Source of the DNA: Paraglomus brasilianum
Lineage: Eukaryota
Assembly: GCA_910592345.1 (NCBI GenBank)
Contig: CAJVPI010000005.1
Span: 62,001-103,558 of the forward strand
Length of the DNA stretch: 41,558 nucleotides
Reading direction: 5' to 3'
How positions within the stretch are numbered: the first letter of the stretch is position 1; the number at the start of each line of letters is the position of its first letter. Under the pieces are notes generated by a model that saw nothing but the letters and a program-made list of their open reading frames with translations, searched no databases and was not told the origin of the DNA. A program made the translations under genes and the position numbers. Below, one piece after another: positions 37,336 to 41,558 of this stretch.

Positions 37336-40079
37336 TTAATACCTCCCTCGGCAGTTTTTAGCACCACAACAGCACTCCTCCCCACCATTGATGTTATAAT
37401 TGAATGTCAGTTCCTCTCCTGCTGGGATGTCCTTTTTAGTAAAAAATGCCAACTGATGCCATGCCCGGTCTTTGTGGTCGGTATAAAACTGTAATTTGCA
37501 TGAGTATGAAATTAGATAAGTCATTGAGTGACAATCGTAGCTTAAAAGTTATGTATAGAATCTGAGACTTGCAAAAATGGATGACAATGAGCAACAAGAA
37601 TCGCTTTGATCCTGACAAAATGTCCATAAAAAGCATCTAATAAAGCCCTTCATCCATTTGCCGCGCTGTCAAGTTTATGATATTGCATCTGATATAATAC
37701 TCAACCTCCAGTATTAACAGCAAGAGTGCAGTATAAAATAAGCTTATATGAGATGTAATAAGCTCATGTCTCTGTGTAGTCAAAAAGGAGGTTACAGATA
37801 TCACGTAACACTAAACTTTATGTGCTCTATATGGTAGCTGTTCCCGAGTCTTCTTGCTCATGCCTCTCACAATTACAAAGCCTTACTTACCGCTAACTGG
37901 ATCAAGTTCTCATCACAAGAGTGGTTAAAGAATCTTGTAACATTGCACATGTAAGCTGCATCTAGACTATATATTAGAAGACAAGCATTCTGTTAACTTC
38001 TGTAGTTCCAATTGGATGCACTTTTTTTTTTCTCTTGTGGTAAATTCTGAATGTCATCAAAAAGTGATCAATGACATCACATACATTCTCTAATTATCAA
38101 ACGAGCTAGGAAACTTCCCATTATATAACCATAAATGAATATCAGCAAAGCAGGAAAGGCAGTTATTTTTACATACCTTAACATAGTCGGGTCTCTGTCG
38201 TTCTCGACTCCAAAATCCAAATCAAACCAGTAAACGTGATGCAATATATTATAAAAACCCGCTCTTAAATTCGCTGTCTCGGCACTAATAAGCTCCCCAA
38301 CATATTCGGCCACAAATTGACCTTTCGGTATTGGCTTAGTCGTTCTTACTCCCCATCCTTTACTTCGTGTTTTATATATCTTGGATCAATAATATGTGTA
38401 AATGGTACATTGGTTGCCAACATATGCAGATGAAGTAAAACGAATGAATTATTCTGTACGTCATTGCCATACATTCTATATTTGATTGCGTGTGATGATA
38501 ACATACCAAAGAATAACTTTGTTCGATATAAAGAAGATCAACGCGAAAGGTTGGGAGAGCGAATGACAGACGCGACAAAGACTAACTCACCTGTAAATGC
38601 GGCCACGTTTTTGAGTTTTGTATGAATCGATTAGAACAGTCTTCTCCACAAGGGCACGATGACCCACATTCATATACTGGACCACGGAATTTGACGTCTG
38701 TTAATCGACCATTCGTGAATGGATAACCACCTGCGCATGTCAACGATTAATAAGACTTGAGAGACTATTAGCACTTGGATACAAAGCATAATAACCATTA
38801 ATTACAAGCCAAGTAGACTTGCATAGAAATACCTGTATCCTCTGCTCTACATACACAATCTTCCCAATTCTATATTCAATAACAATGTGTAAGGTTAGGA
38901 ACGAGTACTTAATAGCACAAAGAAAAACCAGGGGAAAAAAAAAGAGGTTGAGACTACCGCGCAATTTTTTTGACAATCACATATGATCGTAGACTGCGGA
39001 TCTGGCTCATCTACATCAAAATGAACAACACTCTTCTCAATAACCTATAATCCATATTGAATAGCCGTTCAAGTGAGCATAACTACATAAACGCTTCTAT
39101 TCGGACGTCAGTGGAGCACATGCGTAAACAGCACTTGTTATCACAACCAATATCATATTGCATTCTGCACCATTCACTATTTACGCACGCCTTCCTCCTC
39201 ACCTCTAACCACAGCAATTTTTCATCGTCAATATCGTTAACAATATCAAATAATGGCTGATCATGCGCCACAGTCTCTACACTAGGATCCCACATTTCTC
39301 GAAAGGTCTCGTCCACAAGGGGAAGAGATTCTATTTGTTTGATAATCTCTGTCTGCAGAGAATGAATATTTTCCATTACCGCTGACGATAGCGGTTCTTT
39401 CTTCTTAGCTTTGCCCTTCTTTGGTTCATTTGACGATCGGCGCTTATGTGGGTTGGAAGCTAGGATTGACGCAGACTTTTCTGTGGACAACGGAAGTTTG
39501 CGGGAAGATGAAGAGGATGAGAGTGATTGCCATTTTTCCATTACTAGAGTTGGAGATCTATAAATTATTGCAGCCTTAATCGAGAATGTTGCATTGCAAG
39601 TGTAGGATTGGTTGAATATCAAAATTGAATTGGTCCCAGTCAGATCGATAGATCAGCAGTTGATTAATCAAAACAATTGTGTAGATAATAATTCCCTTAC
39701 AAGAGCATGAAATAATGGTGGTGAAGGTTCATATTTTAAGAAGCTTTCCACAAAACTCGTTTCATCTTTTGACCATTCTCTGACCTCTTTAGCCCTACTG
39801 ATAAGTAACGAATCAATTGGTTCAATTTTTGCATCCAATTTATCAGCTCTGGTTCAGTAATTTAACATACCCATCCCTCACAGCTATTCGATGTTCAATC
39901 CAGTTCTTGTCAGTATAAGCTCCGTTCAATGCCTGTACCAATTCGTCATCCACAGGATATATACTATGTATTATTCTTAGCCATAAGTGTATATGACGTG
40001 GTGTGAAGAATTTACTAAGTGCTATGGAATCGGCTCGTTTTTCTGATTGTCTTCTGCGTTTAGAGAGAGAGTAAGTCAT
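37336..40079 (-). CDS. SUV39/Clr4/DIM-5-like histone H3K9 methyltransferase (pre-SET, SET, post-SET) with N-terminal Myb-like segment; 5' end unresolved
   Basis: IVNDIDDE, CDCQKNC..CVC, VYECGSSCPCGEDCSNR (pre-SET); KGWGVR, FVAEYVGELI, RFFNHSC, GEELTFNY (SET); CCCGAKNCRG* (post-SET). Exons from 39797 downward splice in frame. Confidence 0.85.
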
Positions 40080-40282
40080 TTCAACAAGAATGATATGGAA
40101 CAACAAGTTAACAGATTGAATATTAACGCCACAGACAATTGGTCAAATTTTATAAGCCACAACAAGATGTTTGTTTTGCCACTTGTGAAACTTGTGTTCG
40201 ATTTATTTAGTAGATTTCATGTAGATCACTTTGCATGATAGAATTCATTGTGAAAAGGTCTAGAAAGTTCCCAATATTAATA

Positions 40283-41558
40283 CAGTCAGACCTCCTTACA
40301 GTCACACCCTATATAGTCACACCTCTACATAAGAACGTTATTTTTTGAAACGGACCTTAACTTAGTTAATTTACCTCTTTATAGTCACAAATCGTTTATA
40401 ATCACTATCACCACATAATCTGTAACGTACATATTATTTTTATTAGTAATTTGACCTCTCTATAATCACTAATTTCCGATTGGCCGCAGATTAATGAAAC
40501 CTGATTGGTTATAAAATTAATCTTATCAGTGATTATCATTTGCTTTTCTATCGACACCTACTTATCTTCAAATTGACACAAAAAAAATCATATAAAATCT
40601 CATTTTTTCCATACACAATTGTTCCTTCTACTTGTCTCTTTGTTATGCCACCAGATCGACAGCCTAAACAACGCCGTTCAGCTATTAGTGATGACATTAA
40701 GCGTCAAATATGCGAATGGGCGGAAGCAAATAAAAACGAAAAACACCATGAAATTGCTCAACATTTTAACGAAAAAAACCTTAATGTGAAGATTGACCGA
40801 AGTACTGTGTCTAAAATTTTGAAAGAAAAAGACAAGTGGAAGGTCGTAGTTAGTGCTGAAGTTTCGACTAAAACATTTAGGTACGCAGTTTTATTTTAAT
40901 AACACTTTGAAACTTCATTACATCTAATGAATTTTCTAAAAACCTAGGCACAGAGAGGCTAAATTTCCATTATTAGATCATGCTATGAGTCTATGGGTAG
41001 AAAATGTAACAGCGGGAGGCGTTACCTTAACTGATTTGTTAATTAAAGAAAAAGCTAAGGTTTTTGCTCAAGCATTTAACATACAGGAAAGTGAATTGAT
41101 GTTTTCTAACGGCTGGCTTGAGAAATTTAAAAAACGCAACGATATCGTGCACACGGAGAAGCAGGAAGTGCCCCATTGGAATCTCTTACAGAAGAACGAA
41201 CGAAATTGCGTAGACTTTTGGGCCGGTTTACCCTTGATCGAATTTATAATATCGACGAAACAGGTCTTTTTTACCGAATGCCACCGAATCAAACACTTTC
41301 AAGCAAACCTGTTCTTGGCCAGAAGAAAGATAAAACTAGAATAACGGTTCTTCTTGGTGTCAATGCGACAGGAACTGATAAACTTATGCCATGGGTAATC
41401 GGTAATGCGAAACGTCCGAGACCTTTTTCACGAATTAATTTACAACGGCTTCCCGTTTATTATCGTGCAAATCCCAAAGCATGGATGAATTCGTCAATTT
41501 TTGAAGAAATACTTCGGCATTTGGACAACCATTTTAGAGCACAAAATAAAAAAATCCT
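40283..41558 (+). mobile_element. pogo/Tigger-type DNA transposon (CENP-B HTH + DDE_1), left end plus frameshifted transposase, truncated by window end
   Basis: TA|CAGTCAGACCTC terminus with ATAGTCAC subterminal repeats. ATG at 40645, intron 40881-40947. IDRSTVSKIL, FSNGWLEKFKKR, frameshift at ~41148, then HGEAGSA, IYNIDETGLFY, RITVLLGVNATG and NPKAWMNS. Confidence 0.93.

Overview
Intron-rich, AT-rich eukaryotic genomic DNA from an early-diverging fungus (Mucoromycota; the kinase and repeat remnants look Glomeromycotina-like, which is inference). I hand-spliced 14 protein genes: mevalonate kinase (ERG12, 5'-truncated), PSD2, squalene epoxidase (ERG1), an NT-C2/EEIG1 protein, a Gfd2/YDR514C-like DEDDh exonuclease, a probable F-box+R3H fusion, an Erf4/golgin-A7-like PY-motif membrane protein, a PDI-family protein, MIC10, VAMP7, a GHSMGG alpha/beta hydrolase, an intronless GT10 fucosyltransferase, a SUV39/Clr4-type SET methyltransferase and a frameshifted pogo/Tigger transposase at the right edge. 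Between them lie decayed piggyBac, Tc1 and kinase remnants, a TA-flanked MITE and a TMEM97/EXPERA fragment. The most notable observations are: a multi-hairpin RNA candidate in VAMP7 intron 4, in a gene that also has two consecutive GC-AG introns; further structured-RNA candidates in two other long introns; a Myb/SANT-like repeat upstream of the H3K9-type SET domain, with a pogo element next to its 5' end; and a CpG-free transposon block suggesting methylation-driven decay. Exon boundaries were read by eye and may be off by a few bases.
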